From Podarcis filfolensis (Eukaryota): a stretch of 64,000 bases of DNA. Positions 42,201-53,807 of the stretch are shown piece after piece. The position numbers and the translations under genes were made by a program. Location: the NCBI GenBank assembly GCA_964270895.1, contig OZ185436.1. One strand, written 5' to 3'. Numbering within the stretch: position 1 is the stretch's first letter; each line of letters begins with the position of its first letter. The notes beneath the pieces are model-generated. The model ran no database searches. It was not told the origin of the DNA and worked only from the letters and a program-made list of their open reading frames with translations.

Positions 42201-45200
42201 GGTTTAGAATGAACCTTGAATTTATGAGCCACCACATAAAACGCCTGTTCTTGCGTTGACACCTTTCAGACCTCTTGTGGGGGAGGCACCCAAAGAAGGG
42301 CCTCGGGTGATGATCGCAGGAGTCAAATAATTTCATGCGGGGAGAGGTGGTCCCTGAGGTATTGCAGTCCTGAGCTGTTTAAGGCTTTATAAGTCAAAAC
42401 CAGCACATCTGACTTTGTTGCCAATATAAAAGCTGGAATTCCAACAACTCTACTAGCCTATAAACAAGCACCCTAGGAAACTGCATCCTGTAGGTGTAGC
42501 CCATACAATCCACATGATATAAAGTGTCTGATGCAAATAGAATGAACATTTTACTAGCTTACACATTCTATGAAACTCCACTGAAGTGACTACTCAGATT
42601 ACTGCAATAAAATATTCTCAAGGTAGAGAATAGCAAAGCATAAGCTTTTATGGGGTGAGGTTTACTACAAGGAAGTTGATCCCTAACTTTTGTTTCTCTA
42701 GTGAGTCATAGACTATTTTCTTGGAAGAAAAAAAAAAACACTAGCTAGGATGACTATTTTGCTAACTCATTCACTAAGGGCCACATCAATTTGGGATGCC
42801 CCACACACTGTATTTTTAGGGGAACACATGAATTGTTAAATGTGCACCTAAACAAGTGTGATTTTCTTAGAAAAACAATTATGAAATGAACAGGAGCATA
42901 ATAAACATAGGACACTCCTCAATTTGCAAGCACATGACTGGTGTAGTCGCTTAATTTGAACTAGCTCTCCTAACAAATTAAAATGACAAACTATTTGTCA
43001 TTGCTACTAATTAGGGATAATTGTAAGAACATAAGAACTGCCTGCTGGATCAAGCCAATGCTCCATCAAGTCCATCGTCCTGTACTTCAGCAGCCACCCA
43101 GATTCCTGTGGAAAACTCAAAAGCAGGACCCGAGCTCAGAAGCACTCTTCCCTCTAGTGCTTTCCAGTAAGTGGTATTCAGAAACATTACTGCCTCCAAC
43201 TGGGGAAACAGTTATCATGGCTAGTAGCCATCGATAGCCTTATCCTCCATGAATTTGTCCAATCCTCTTTTAAAGCCATCCAAAAGTTGGTTGACATCAC
43301 TGCCTCCTCTTGAAGTGAGTTCCACATATTAACGATGTACTGCGTGAAGAAGTACTTTCTCTCATCAGTTCTGAATCTTCCAACATTCAGCTTCATTAGA
43401 GGTCCACCAGTTCTAGTGTGATGAGTAGGGGTGGGGGCTTTTCTGTCCATTCTCTCCATGCCATGCATAATTTTATAGACTTCTATGTCACCTCTGATTC
43501 ACCTTTTCTCTAAACTAAAAAGCCCCAAACACTGCAACCTTCCCTTGAAGATCCATTTCCCTTATCATTTTGGTTGCACTTTTCTGAATCTTTCCCAACT
43601 TTACAATATCCTTTTTTGAGGTGAGCTGACCAGAACTGTACTACACAATATTCCAAATGTGGTTCCACCAAAGATTTGCATGTCATTGTGACATGGGCAG
43701 TTTTATTTTCAGTTCCTTTTCTAATGCTCCCCTAGCATGGAAATTGGCTTTTCTTCACAATTGCTGCACACTGCGCTAACATCCACTATTACCCCAAAGT
43801 CTCATTCCTGGTCAGTCACCACTAGTTCAAAGCCCATGAGCGTATATGTAAAATTATTATTCCTAGTGCTAACAATTCATTTACAATGAGTTGCATCTGC
43901 CATTTTACCAACCATTCATTCAGTTTGGAAAGGTCCTTTAGGAGCTCTTCACATTCTCTTTTCATTTTAAAGACCCTGAACAATTCAGTATCATCAATAA
44001 ATGTGGGCACTTCACTGCTCACCCCTTCCTAACTCTTGATCATTTGTGAACAAGTTATAAAGCACAAATACAAATACCAAATCTTGGGAGACTCCATTTT
44101 GTGTTCCTTTTTGTTCTTTTCATTTGGACAAGACTTCCTTTTGTTAAAGGAAGCCTTCTTGCCTCTTAACGGCTTCTTTGACTCTGCACATTACCAAACT
44201 GGCATTCTCTTGGCCCTCATGATACTTTTTGCCATCTATGGTGTACACACCAGCCAAGTTTCTAATACTGCATTTTTAAACAAGTCCCCAGCAATTTGGA
44301 GTGATCCAACCCAATTGACTTTGCCTTTCAACTTCCTTTTTACCATGTTCCTCCCTTTGGGGAAGTTTCCTGTTTTGAAATCAAAAAACATTTAATTTAG
44401 TAGTGCTATGGTCACTGCTCCCAACTGGCATGACAACAATTACATCTTGCATCAGGTCCTGGGCGCTACTCAAGATTAACCTCAGGGTTGCTTACTTTCT
44501 AGTTGGTTCCATGACCAGAGGCACAGTCATTTAGGGTATCTAGAAATTTTGCTTTTTTACTGTGACTGGGACACAGAAGAGATACCGCAGGTCATAATGT
44601 TGCTGCTATGTGCCCTTTGATTAAAAGCAATAAAACTGTTCAGGACATTCAATTCTGCATGCAAATTCATATGCCCAAGAAAGCAGCTACCTCTCAAAGA
44701 GCTGCAGTTTGATGAGAATTCAGGCAAAGCAATCTGAGGAATAGAATGATTCAGTGCACAACTGGGCCAGAACACACATCTTAGCCCTAAGTCCAGCTTT
44801 GGCATCTGCTTGTGGGAACTGTTGAATTATGCATCAATTGCAGTGGAAATGGCATTGAGTAGGAGGGCAAGCCTGACCCTCATGCCCAACAAGGAGCTCA
44901 ATAGATGCAGGTTTTTAAAGAGAAAGACTAAAGGAGAACAGGATGAGGCAATGTACAAGGGGTAAAGCATCTGAGCTGGGCCAAGCACTGTTGTATTAGG
45001 ACAAAACAAGGCTCCGCGTGGAAGCCTGAGAAGGCAAGGAGGAGAATGGAATCAACTGCCTCCCCTGTCTTGGTGTCTCTGGGCAGAGGCCGATCCTCCC
45101 CGCGCATTTTGCAAAACACCAGACTCCGACTGCGCCCCATAAACACCCAAGCGCGCTAACCAGAGGCCGGAAAATGGAAAGGGGAGAGACGAGGCCAAAG

Positions 45201-45682
45201 GGGGAAGTATTGGCACCCATCAACGTTAACAGACAGTGCCAAGCAACACAAACTTAAGGGACAAAGGCAAGCTGCTGGGGGGAAAGAGGAGATGTGTCTG
45301 AGCCCGGAGAGGGCAGCCCTCTCTCTTCGCCCCAAGAAGGGAAGGTAAAGCCCTCCTCCCCGCCCGCACTTTTTTGTGCCCAGGCATTCGTCTAGGCTGG
45401 CCGCGGGTTCGAGACCTGCGCCTCCCTCCTCTCGGAAGGCCTGGAATTATTTGGGTGGGGGCGAGAAACTCAACTTTCGCCTCTCCCAACCTCACCCCAT
45501 TACAGACGCTGAACACGGGGGAGGAAAGGAAACCCGCCAAGCCCGAACGCCTCCCCCGCGGGCGGACAGGCGGACCCCTGACTCCCACCCTCCGGCGCCC
45601 CGCGAGGGTCTTTACCGTGGTCCTGGTTGAAACCGGCGAACAGCAACCCATTCCCGTGCGGGTTGGCTGGGAGCAGGTTCAT
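36147..45682 (-). CDS. WDR45B: WD repeat domain phosphoinositide-interacting protein 3 (WIPI3, PROPPIN), complete spliced CDS, 10 exons, 344 aa
   Basis: complement(join 45616..45682,41484..41558,40983..41084,40221..40308,40009..40103,39081..39271,38225..38310,37067..37168,36731..36852,36147..36253) = 1035 nt; starts [14 protein letters not shown], has the ELRRG motif, ends FLEMTDDKL. Confidence 0.97.
36731..36852 (-). CDS. WDR45B: WDR45B exon 9
   Basis: [40 protein letters not shown]. Confidence 0.96.
37067..37168 (-). CDS. WDR45B: WDR45B exon 8
   Basis: [34 protein letters not shown]. Confidence 0.96.
38225..38310 (-). CDS. WDR45B: WDR45B exon 7 (LRRG phosphoinositide-binding motif)
   Basis: [29 protein letters not shown]. 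Confidence 0.96.
39081..39271 (-). CDS. WDR45B: WDR45B exon 6
   Basis: [18 protein letters not shown]...RIATASEK. Confidence 0.96.
40009..40103 (-). CDS. WDR45B: WDR45B exon 5
   Basis: [31 protein letters not shown]. Confidence 0.96.
40221..40308 (-). CDS. WDR45B: WDR45B exon 4
   Basis: [30 protein letters not shown]. Confidence 0.96.
40983..41084 (-). CDS. WDR45B: WDR45B exon 3
   Basis: [34 protein letters not shown]. Confidence 0.96.
41484..41558 (-). CDS. WDR45B: WDR45B exon 2
   Basis: [25 protein letters not shown]. Confidence 0.96.
42226..42406 (-). mobile_element. LINE-2 ORF2 C-terminal fragment
   Basis: Minus strand reads [23 protein letters not shown]...[12 protein letters not shown]...QAFYVVA. 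Confidence 0.75.
43024..44549 (-). mobile_element. CR1 LINE, decayed and internally deleted, in WDR45B intron 1
   Basis: Endonuclease end (GSSDH) near 44410, RT-like [10 protein letters not shown] near 44000, ORF2 C-terminus [13 protein letters not shown], reverse TTCTTATG tail at 43024. Confidence 0.85.
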
Positions 45683-46290
45683 GGCGCCGGACTCCGGGGA
45701 AGGCCGCAGCCGCGGACGGGGGGGGGGTCTCTCACACCATCGGGGGAGGGTCACTGGCCTGAGGGGGCGGCAGCGCCACGATTCCTTCCGGACTAGACAG
45801 GCGCCGCGCCGAGCACCGAGCGCGTCCAATGAGCCCCTCCCAGGCTGACCAGAGGAGAGCCGAATTGTCGAACGCCCGCCGCCGCCGCCGCCTTCCTCGG
45901 CTTGGCTCTTTCCATTCCCCAGCCTGCTACGTCCGTCCCCCTCTTTACGAGCGCAGAGCGCGTCGCTCAAGGCAGGCCGCCCGGCGGAGTGCCAAGCTAA
46001 CGATCAGCAGCAGCCCGACTCTCACCTGGCTGGCGCCACAGGGAAAGGTGGGCGACGGATTGCGCTCTCTTCTCGCGCCTCTCACGGTCTCCATCGCGTG
46101 TCGCCTTCGCTGCCCTTGCAAGAGAGGTAAGGGATCCTAAATGGGGTTACGAGGAGGCAAAAGACCCGTTGGACGTGGGGCAACGCAGCCCCCAGTAAAG
46201 TCACCACCATTCCAGGGGTTGCAGACGTGCTTCTTACTCCAGAGTTAGTCTTTCCTTCGGGAATGAGGTACGACCAGTGCCGGATTTACG
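45010..46290. promoter_or_regulatory. CpG island and WDR45B promoter
   Basis: CpG-dense block around exon 1; CCAAT at 45826-45830; ETS-like CCGGAAG on the minus strand near 45785-45791. Confidence 0.85.
45616..45682 (-). CDS. WDR45B: WDR45B exon 1
   Basis: [22 protein letters not shown]; donor GTAAAG. Confidence 0.95.
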
Positions 46291-46425
46291 TATAAGCTAA
46301 ACAAACTATAGTTTAGGGCCCCACTCTCTGGAGGGGGGGAATTAAAGGGGAGGGGAACTGGATGTACATTTCCAAAATATAAGATAAAACAAAATAACAC
46401 CTACATACAGCAACAGTGTTTTGTG

Positions 46426-46585
46426 TCCGTTCTTAAGCTGAAACTGTTCTTAACCTGAGGTACCACTTTAGTTAATGGGGCCTCCCGTTGCCGCCACACA
46501 ATTTCAGTTCTCATCCTAAGGTAAAGTTCTTAACCCGAGGTACTACTTCTGGGTTAGCAGGTGTTTGTAACCCGAGGTACCTGTA
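46426..46585 (-). mobile_element. Truncated Tigger-like MITE nested in the hAT element
   Basis: Aligns with the reverse complement of 60604-60836 but lacks one end. Confidence 0.8.
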
Positions 46586-46664
46586 TTTGTTCTGTGCAAA
46601 TGACTTTAGATACCTATTAGGTCCATAAATTACCATATAGCATATATTCAACACAAAAAACAGC

Positions 46665-46850
46665 CCAGTTGCACCTTAAAGGTAAAGGACCCCTGACAGT
46701 TAAGTCTGAAGAAGTGTGCATGCACACAAAAGCTTATATCCTGAGCTAACTTACTGGTACTGTAGTTGGCCTCTAAGGTGCTACTGGACATTTAAAAAAA
46801 AAATTATATCTATTTTGTCAGCATCAGACCAACACAGGTACCTACCTGAA
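46665..46850 (+). mobile_element. Composite retro-insertion (Sauria-SINE tail piece plus Penelope-like 3' end) with 12-bp TSD
   Basis: ACAAAAAACAGC at 46653-46664 and 46851-46862; AAGGTAAAGGACCCCTGACAGTTAAGTC fused to TGAAGAAGTG...CTCTAAGGTGCTACTGG. Confidence 0.65.
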
Positions 46851-47926
46851 ACAAAAAACAGCAACAATTTGTTGTTGACAAAGGACAGCTGGACATATAA
46901 AGAGCCCCATTACCTTCAGTAGCTTAGGGCCTCATCAAACCTAAATCCGGCCCAGGCCCACACATTTGCAAATGAGGCTTACCTTTTCACCCCTTTGTGT
47001 TGCCTAAATGGCTTGTCCCCAGGCATTCACCTCACAAGGAAATTACCTGTTAATTAACTTTTATACTTGTTGATTCTCCAGGGTTAGCCATGGCTGGCAC
47101 CCACTTAGCACACAGGGTCTGCCTTCATTAAGCTTTTCACATGTTAATGTCAGGAGCTTTGAAGTGTGCCTGCAAAACCTAATACACATTTTAAGACACA
47201 AGGGCCTGACATGCCATTTTCACATCCCAGTTCTAATTATATTCCAACATATATTAAACCCGGGCATTTAGCACCTACAGACCTATAACAGTATGCTTCA
47301 CATGTTGCTGTGCTTAAGACAATGTGCTGAGGAATAAACCTTCAAGTGCTCAGACCGCAGATTTTTCATAAGGCATATATAATCAAAGGACATTACTGGT
47401 TTCAGTAACACGCTGGCATACACACAGTACTACCATATACAGTACTACAATTTCTGTTCTGGTGTTTCATTTGTGATTCACTGTGCTTAGGAAACGATTT
47501 CCTCCCTTTCTTCTTCATCAAGCACTTTCACAATTAGGAACATGAAGTGACATGGAAGTGTGATGTGTTGGCTTGGCAAGTGTGTTTTGCTTATGCTTGG
47601 CAATAATTTTATTTTTGAATACTGCTTTTCAAACATGAGACAGAGAAACAGCGGATCCTGCCGACTCCAGGAATTCGTATTGCTGGTTTTCAAACAAATC
47701 ACTTATCAATCACAGCTTTGACTTCACTCATTGGCTAAAAATACTGACTGGCAGGAGTAGCCAGGTTGGCTCATTTCACAGAAACTGGGTACCTGCCTAT
47801 TTTGCTTCATAACTTACTTTCTAGGAGGGCTAAAGGCTGGATTTGTTTTGGTTTTTTAATTTAAAAAGACAAGAGAAGAAAAGCTCTGAGTACCTTTGCC
47901 TAGGGGTACCAATTAAGACATTCAGT

Positions 47927-48657
47927 CTTGAACTGGGGGTGAGCAATGAGGTCAACAACTTTGCTGATGACAGCAAACTGTGTAGGCTGGTAAAAACGAA
48001 AAAATGGATTGTTAGGAACTTTCAACCATCTCTTCAGACTGGATAGACATTAAAATGGTGAATGTAATTCAGTGTAAGCAAGTGTAAAGTGATGTATATT
48101 AGAGCAAAAAAACAACAGCACCCTAATTTCTCATATACACTGAACTGGTGGTGATTGAGCAGGAAATATATTTGGGGTTGTGGGGGATAGCTCAGAGAAA
48201 GTGTAAATCTTGTGTGTTGTACTTGAAATTCTGCTCATCTCAAAGATGATACTGCAGAGCTGGAAAAGATGCAAAAAAGAGCAACCAATAAGATCAAGGG
48301 GCTGGAACAACTCCTCTATGCAGAAAGCTTACTTCACTTGGGGCTTTTCAATTTACAAAAAGGGTGGAATTAGGTACTGTGGAATTAGCTACTGTATGAT
48401 GTAGCAATGGCCACCAACTTGGATGACTTTAAGAGTTAACTTCGCCTTATTCTCCATAATTTTTCTATCAATGTAATGGCCTTTTTTGCCTCCAGTATCA
48501 TAAGGTGGTATGCCTTTGAATACTAATTGCTGAGGAGCACAAGTGGAGAAGAATGCTATTGTGCTAATGTCCTGCTTGTGGACTTTCCAGAGGCATCCCA
48601 TTGGTCACTGTGAGAACAGGTGGGCCTTTGGTCTGGTCCAGCATCTTATGTTCCTAT
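47927..48657 (+). mobile_element. CR1 LINE 3' fragment
   Basis: EVNNFADDSKLCRLV (RT), ORF2 C-terminal remnants, CTTATGTTCCTAT tail. Confidence 0.8.
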
Positions 48658-49014
48658 AGTAGATTGCAATAATAAAATAAGATTCATAGGCAGATGATAT
48701 TGCCCTTGCAGTAGCAGCTCTGAAACAACAAGTGTTATTGATGGTGTCATGCGGCTTCTGGTTGTTCACCTGGAAGATGGTGGGGGCAGCCAAGGGGGTA
48801 ACAGTGGGCAGTTGTTCTTAAGAGAACTCTGCCCAGTAAAGGAAAAACAGAGTAAAAAATAAAATAATACACCATCAGAAATGTTTTCAGTTCAAATCGT
48901 ACGGTACAATATAAAATAAAAAGCAAAACCATATTAAAACAAAATAAGTTGAAAACAGAACAGCACAGCAGTGGGAAAAATACCCCCAGTTTACTTAAAA
49001 ACCAACTATCAGCC

Positions 49015-49087
49015 AATAATAATAATAATAAGTTTAATATTTGCCGCCACCCATCTCACTGGGTTGCCCCAGCCACTCTGGGCAGCT
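49015..49087 (-). mobile_element. Squamate LINE 3' tail with (TTA)n
   Basis: Reverse complement of the 11870-11930 motif. Confidence 0.6.
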
Positions 49088-49263
49088 GTTCAATGTAAGC
49101 ATCTTCCTGACTTCACAGATAAAACTGGTAGGAGATGACCCTTTAATCAAGTCATGAACAAATTATAAATGAAAGCCATTACCCCAACAGAGTCTTGGGA
49201 GACCAGGAAAATATTTAACTAGGAAAAACCACTCCAGCACTTTTTAGAGCTTTTAAAAAGTGT

Positions 49264-49269
49264 TTTATT
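49264..49269 (-). terminator. Candidate poly(A) signal of RAB40B
   Basis: TTTATT on + (AATAAA on -), about 790 nt past the stop, with GT-rich sequence downstream on -. Confidence 0.5.
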
Positions 49270-50053
49270 TTTAAATAGCGTCCTTTCCCCGATAAAGCAG
49301 CTTTTCAAATCACATTTTTCTTACTGCTATGTGGCAAATACATCTGATGTCTTTGGCTTTTTTTGCAATATAACTGATCACTAGAATATCCATTACAAAA
49401 ATGTAGATTTACCAGAAAAATAAGCATATAAACCACAGATTAATCCCTAAACAACATAGCAAAACTTTTATCAAATATTTTATACATGGATGGGAGAAAA
49501 TCTTGTGTATATTGCATTTACACACTGGTAGCTCAAAGCAGTGCTTCAAAATCACTGAGGAAACAGTACAAAACCATTTTCAGATGCTCTACTGCAACAT
49601 CACAAATAATTCTTTCACTACAGAATTTGTAGCTTTTACAATGTATACAATACATTGTGGTTTAAAAAACTGCCTGCATCTACAGACTGACACCGATTCC
49701 TATTTAACTGCAAATAAAATGTAGTGATTAAACAATATTTGAGCAATTAAAACAACTCACTTCTGAGATTTAGTGTCATCGAAAGCTGAGTAGTGTGATA
49801 AATTATTCCCTTTATAAAACACACAAAGTCTTCATGCACATCAAAAAATTGATATATAAAAAACCCAACAGCAAAGTTTCACATCCCTTTGTTTGCACAG
49901 AGTGCATCACACATCTGGAAGCAGCATTATTTAAAACAAATGACTCTAAAATAGCATTTTTTTTGTTCTGTTTCTGTAATGCAATACATACAACAGACCT
50001 GACTATGAGTCCTTGTGTTAAAGGCTCTGGCCCAAACCTTTCCAAGCAGAGGC

Positions 50054-50325
50054 TTAGGAGATTTTACAGCTATTTCTGGTGCAGTGTTTCGGAGGGCTCT
50101 GGAGTGGACGGATAATTTTGGCTTTCTTCAGACTATTTCTTTTGTTGTTGTTGCTGGCAGTGAGAGAGTAGGAACGTCCGTGCATCATCCGAGCATTAAG
50201 TCCATTGGCCATAGAGAACGATTTGAGATGGCTTCTTAAGGCAACAGGGAGTGGAAGTTTGTCCACAAGGTGCACTGGGGTGCATGAAACTATGGCGCGG
50301 CAACAAAGATCTTGCAAACTCAGGA
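50054..50325 (-). CDS. RAB40B: RAB40B exon 6 (SOCS box, CAAX)
   Basis: [27 protein letters not shown]...[10 protein letters not shown] then TAA. Confidence 0.96.
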
Positions 50326-53300
50326 CTTAAAACAAGAAGCAAAAACATGAATGAAGATTAGTCATAACATGATTCTAAATAACTACAAGGTGACACAAAT
50401 GCACAACTTTGACTTCACTGTATTTTTCAGAGCTCTCGGGTTCTGTTTCTTTTCACTGCTTCTGAAGTTCCTTCCTAATTCTACCTTGAATCCCCATAAC
50501 TATGGCTTGCCTCCGTGAATAAAGGTGATGTTGCAACGATTTAACAAGGAGAAAATGGGGAAGAAGAAAATAAAAAAAATTGTAACAACACATAACCCTC
50601 CCCCTGAAAAGAAAAACAGCCAGATACATACATACATACATACATACATCAACCTCCAGCTCTAGATGGCAGCATAATTCCAGGGGCCCACTGAAGTAAA
50701 TTTTAAGTAAACAGTACTTCAGTGCTTGAACATCCACTTTAGTCACCTCCTTTTCTCTAACAACCCATGTATAGCTTGCAGGTACTTATTCAAATTATTT
50801 AGGGGTAGAAATTCTCCTTCCTTCCACCTTAGAGAAGGAGAGCTATCAATTTATAAGCCTTTCCAACCTATCCATCACACCTGAGGTAATATGAAGCACC
50901 GGTTTCCTTTGTGCATCTGATGAGGTGAAAGATTTTGCCGTGATAAATTTGTTCAAGACTCTGTTGTTTTTGCTGCAAGAGACTAGCATGACTCACTCTC
51001 TGGAAATTGTAAATGTTAACCATGTCCAGTACTAGTACAGATGTAATGCTGAGCATGGTTAAAGCAGACAAGGGAAGTGAGTGGGGAGGAAGGGTGCTCC
51101 CAAGTTTGGCACTTAGTTGTCATACTGTTATAGCAGGGTGGCTCATCTACAACCTGCATACTGCTCCCCATCATTAGTTTTTTAACATAGTTCCCCAGCA
51201 CGGCCAATGTATATTTATGCTGCATGTGTGCACACACGCACACACAGAGCACTCTCTCATACACACACATACACCACACTCACCACATCTGCAAGCACAC
51301 AGCATTCTCTCACGCAAACACATACACAACACTCTCTCACCCTCTCTTTGAGTGGGGCAAAAGTCTTCCTATTCCTTTTCAATTCTCTCTGCCTGTTCTT
51401 TAAAGATTAGCTCCTCATCTTGTGCTCAGCCTCGCAACACTGATATGAGGAGATAAAAGCTTCATGGGGCTAGTGGACCACTTCCTGTGGCTTGCTGGCC
51501 CAGAGCTGGCTCATGAGTTAGATAAAGCAAATGATTTTGTGTTACTTACCTTTGTTTGGCCTCCACAGCCGGTCCATTCCATGTCTCATTAACACAATCC
51601 TTGCAAGTTCCGTAAAGGACTCTGTGATGTTGAAATTACAGAGTGGGCTTACTTCAAAGAATGTCATGCCTAATCTTTCAGCATAGGCCTGTGCCTGCTC
51701 AGTAGATACTTGTCGTTTGAAGGCCAGATGCAGGCGGTTGCCAACAAGGATTTTGGGTACACCAGGAGCGTGCTAAGTAAAGACAGACACCAAAATGTTA
51801 GCTTAGAAGTCTCTTACCCTCTTCTTCAACAAAATACTGATTATTAACAACAGTAACAACAACTCTTTGATTCCATTTGTCCATAGTGCTGTGCTATAGG
51901 TGGATTCCATCAAGAAAACCCAATACAAGAAAATATAATAACCAAACAGAATCAGCAGGTGGTAAAAAAATGTATTGCTTTGCCAAATATAAGTTGCAGA
52001 ATTATTAATTTTTTTAAAAAACAACAACAACCCTTCAACATAGAATTATGGGTATGTAAAAGTTTCAAGAATAAACTTTCTGGTCGATCATATCAATTGT
52101 GTCTGATAGAGTTACCACAACCAACTGAAAATGAAAATCATTCACCAAGGCAACTGCAGCAGTCCCAGTTTGAAAACCAAGCCAGAAGTCAGACTGCTAT
52201 TGATCAAGGTAGAATGAGCACCAGGAATGCTTAGAATCATCTGACAGGCCACCTGCTGCATGTTATAAGAGGAAGATCTGGAACTGGACAAGAGTTGGTG
52301 TCATCCAAGTCCAAATACAGTGTTTGGAAAAGGGAATGACTTTAAGGCAAACAGGATACAAGCAATTTTATCTGCAAAATGTCTCACATGTCACAGCAAG
52401 CTGTCAATTACTTCCCTCAATAGTCAAGACATGCAGTTAGGTATCCATTTGCCACCCACAGCAACTCTAAGGTCACACAGTCTTTTGATGGCAGAAAAGA
52501 AAGCTCCCTGCTACTACAAACTCTTTCGAATGGGTTTTAGGCCACCTTCAAGTGGATTTGTCATGAATTTTCAGCCACCCACATTCTAGCCATCTCATTC
52601 AGTCGTCATGTAGTTCAATCATTTTCTTAGGCATTATATGAAACATTCAGAGATGTGTCTTACCTCATCTATTTCCTTTATCCACCGATCAATGCCATCA
52701 AATGACCAGCGATTTGTAATATCATATACCAATATCACGCCCTGAGTGAATAAAGAAGATTAGATCAGCCTGACACATAGATAAGGTACACAGTACATCG
52801 TACAATTTTGTGTAACCATTCCTTTATTTAACCAGGAAAAAGAGGAGCAGACTGAGGACTTAACAAATCTGAACATTTCTCTAAAATAATTTATTTCTGG
52901 TGACTCAAAGGATGCTCCCTTTATTCAGCAGCAACAAATTGTATAACAATTTTTGAAAGCAAGTAGTACAATAAGTAAGTATAGTTCCCCCACCCCTTAT
53001 TGTAGCTCTTTTCTTTTAGTTAATTCTCTACAGTGACATATTTTAGAGATGGCAGAATTGCGATTACCTGGGCCCCTCTGGAATAGGAACGAAATATGGT
53101 GCAGAATCTGCCTTGCCCAGATGTGTCCCTGTGGAAGGTAAAATACAGTTAAAAATACATAGTCCTTTCCATTCTGAATAACAGTGTTCTTGCTGAATTC
53201 TTATCTGGTCTTCCTGTATTGCTCTCTTTATTAGTATTCTACCCTTTGCCTTAGGAGGAAAAGCAGTCCAGGTTAGGTATGTTAGGTACGTGAGGCTGAA

Positions 53301-53807
53301 AGACAGAGCCTGGTCCAAGATTACCCAGTGAGCTTCATGGATAAGTGGGAATTTGAACCCTGGTCTTCCAGGTCCGAGTTCAGTACTCTAACCACTAAAC
53401 CACATGGATATCATGCATTTCAGCAGGATCATCCACTGAATTAATCTACATGGGTGATTATGTACTCCTATAATATATTCACCAATCATTTAATATTACT
53501 TAGGCTCCTTGCACATATACGGAGAAACCCATTAATTTCACAGTTGCTCCCTTGTCCTCAACTATAGCTCTTTAGTACAAAAGGCTGGTGGGTAGTATGA
53601 CCTGTTCTTAACTGTTACAAGAATTAAATATTTGTAGTCAACTTTACAGTAAATATGACATCGCATCCAAGCAGTATTACGTCCACTATGAACTGTTTTC
53701 AAAGCACAAAGGCACAATCCAAACAGAGAACATAATGCAAAGTTACCAGAGCTGGAGCTTTATTCGACGGCCATCCAGGAGTATTGTTGTCGTCTTGTAA
53801 TCAATAC
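50054..53807 (-). CDS. RAB40B: Ras-related protein Rab-40B (Rab GTPase with SOCS box), exons 2-6; exon 1 outside the window
   Basis: complement(join 53747..53807,53068..53128,52664..52741,51550..51772,50054..50325); [12 protein letters not shown] box [11 protein letters not shown]-terminal CKIS. The B paralogue is supported by synteny with WDR45B and FOXK2. Confidence 0.94.
50880..51004 (+). mobile_element. Penelope-like 3' remnant
   Basis: CATCTGATGAGGTG...GACTCTGTTGTTTTTGCTGCAAGAGACTAGCATG resembles sauropsid Penelope ends. Confidence 0.35.
51226..51340. repeat. CA-rich low-complexity tract (UG-rich in RAB40B pre-mRNA)
   Basis: Interrupted CA/CT repeats; (CATA)n at 50625-50648 in the same intron. 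Confidence 0.85.
51550..51772 (-). CDS. RAB40B: RAB40B exon 5
   Basis: [22 protein letters not shown]...LWRPNK. Confidence 0.95.
52664..52741 (-). CDS. RAB40B: RAB40B exon 4
   Basis: [26 protein letters not shown]. Confidence 0.95.
53068..53128 (-). CDS. RAB40B: RAB40B exon 3
   Basis: [20 protein letters not shown]. Confidence 0.95.
53271..53407 (-). mobile_element. tRNA-derived SINE (MIR/Squam-like)
   Basis: Minus-strand A box TGGTTTAGTGG (53392-53402) and B box GGTTCAAATTCC (53348-53359). Confidence 0.75.
53747..53807 (-). CDS. RAB40B: RAB40B exon 2
   Basis: [21 protein letters not shown]. Confidence 0.95.

Larger units (their letters stand above)
46275..46955. mobile_element. hAT-like non-autonomous element hosting nested insertions
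   Basis: Ends CAGTGCCGGATTT and AAATCCGGCCCAG (11/13 inverted match); subterminal TAG(C/T)TTAGGGCC repeated at both ends. Confidence 0.7.

Noticed and set aside
45793-45915. 40-codon minus-strand uORF with a strong Kozak context
   Set aside because: It spans the CCAAT box and abuts the ETS motif, so it probably lies upstream of the TSS
45226-46140. Overlapping ORFs of 73-156 aa around WDR45B exon 1
   Set aside because: CpG-island artefacts; only the 67-nt exon 1 segment is supported
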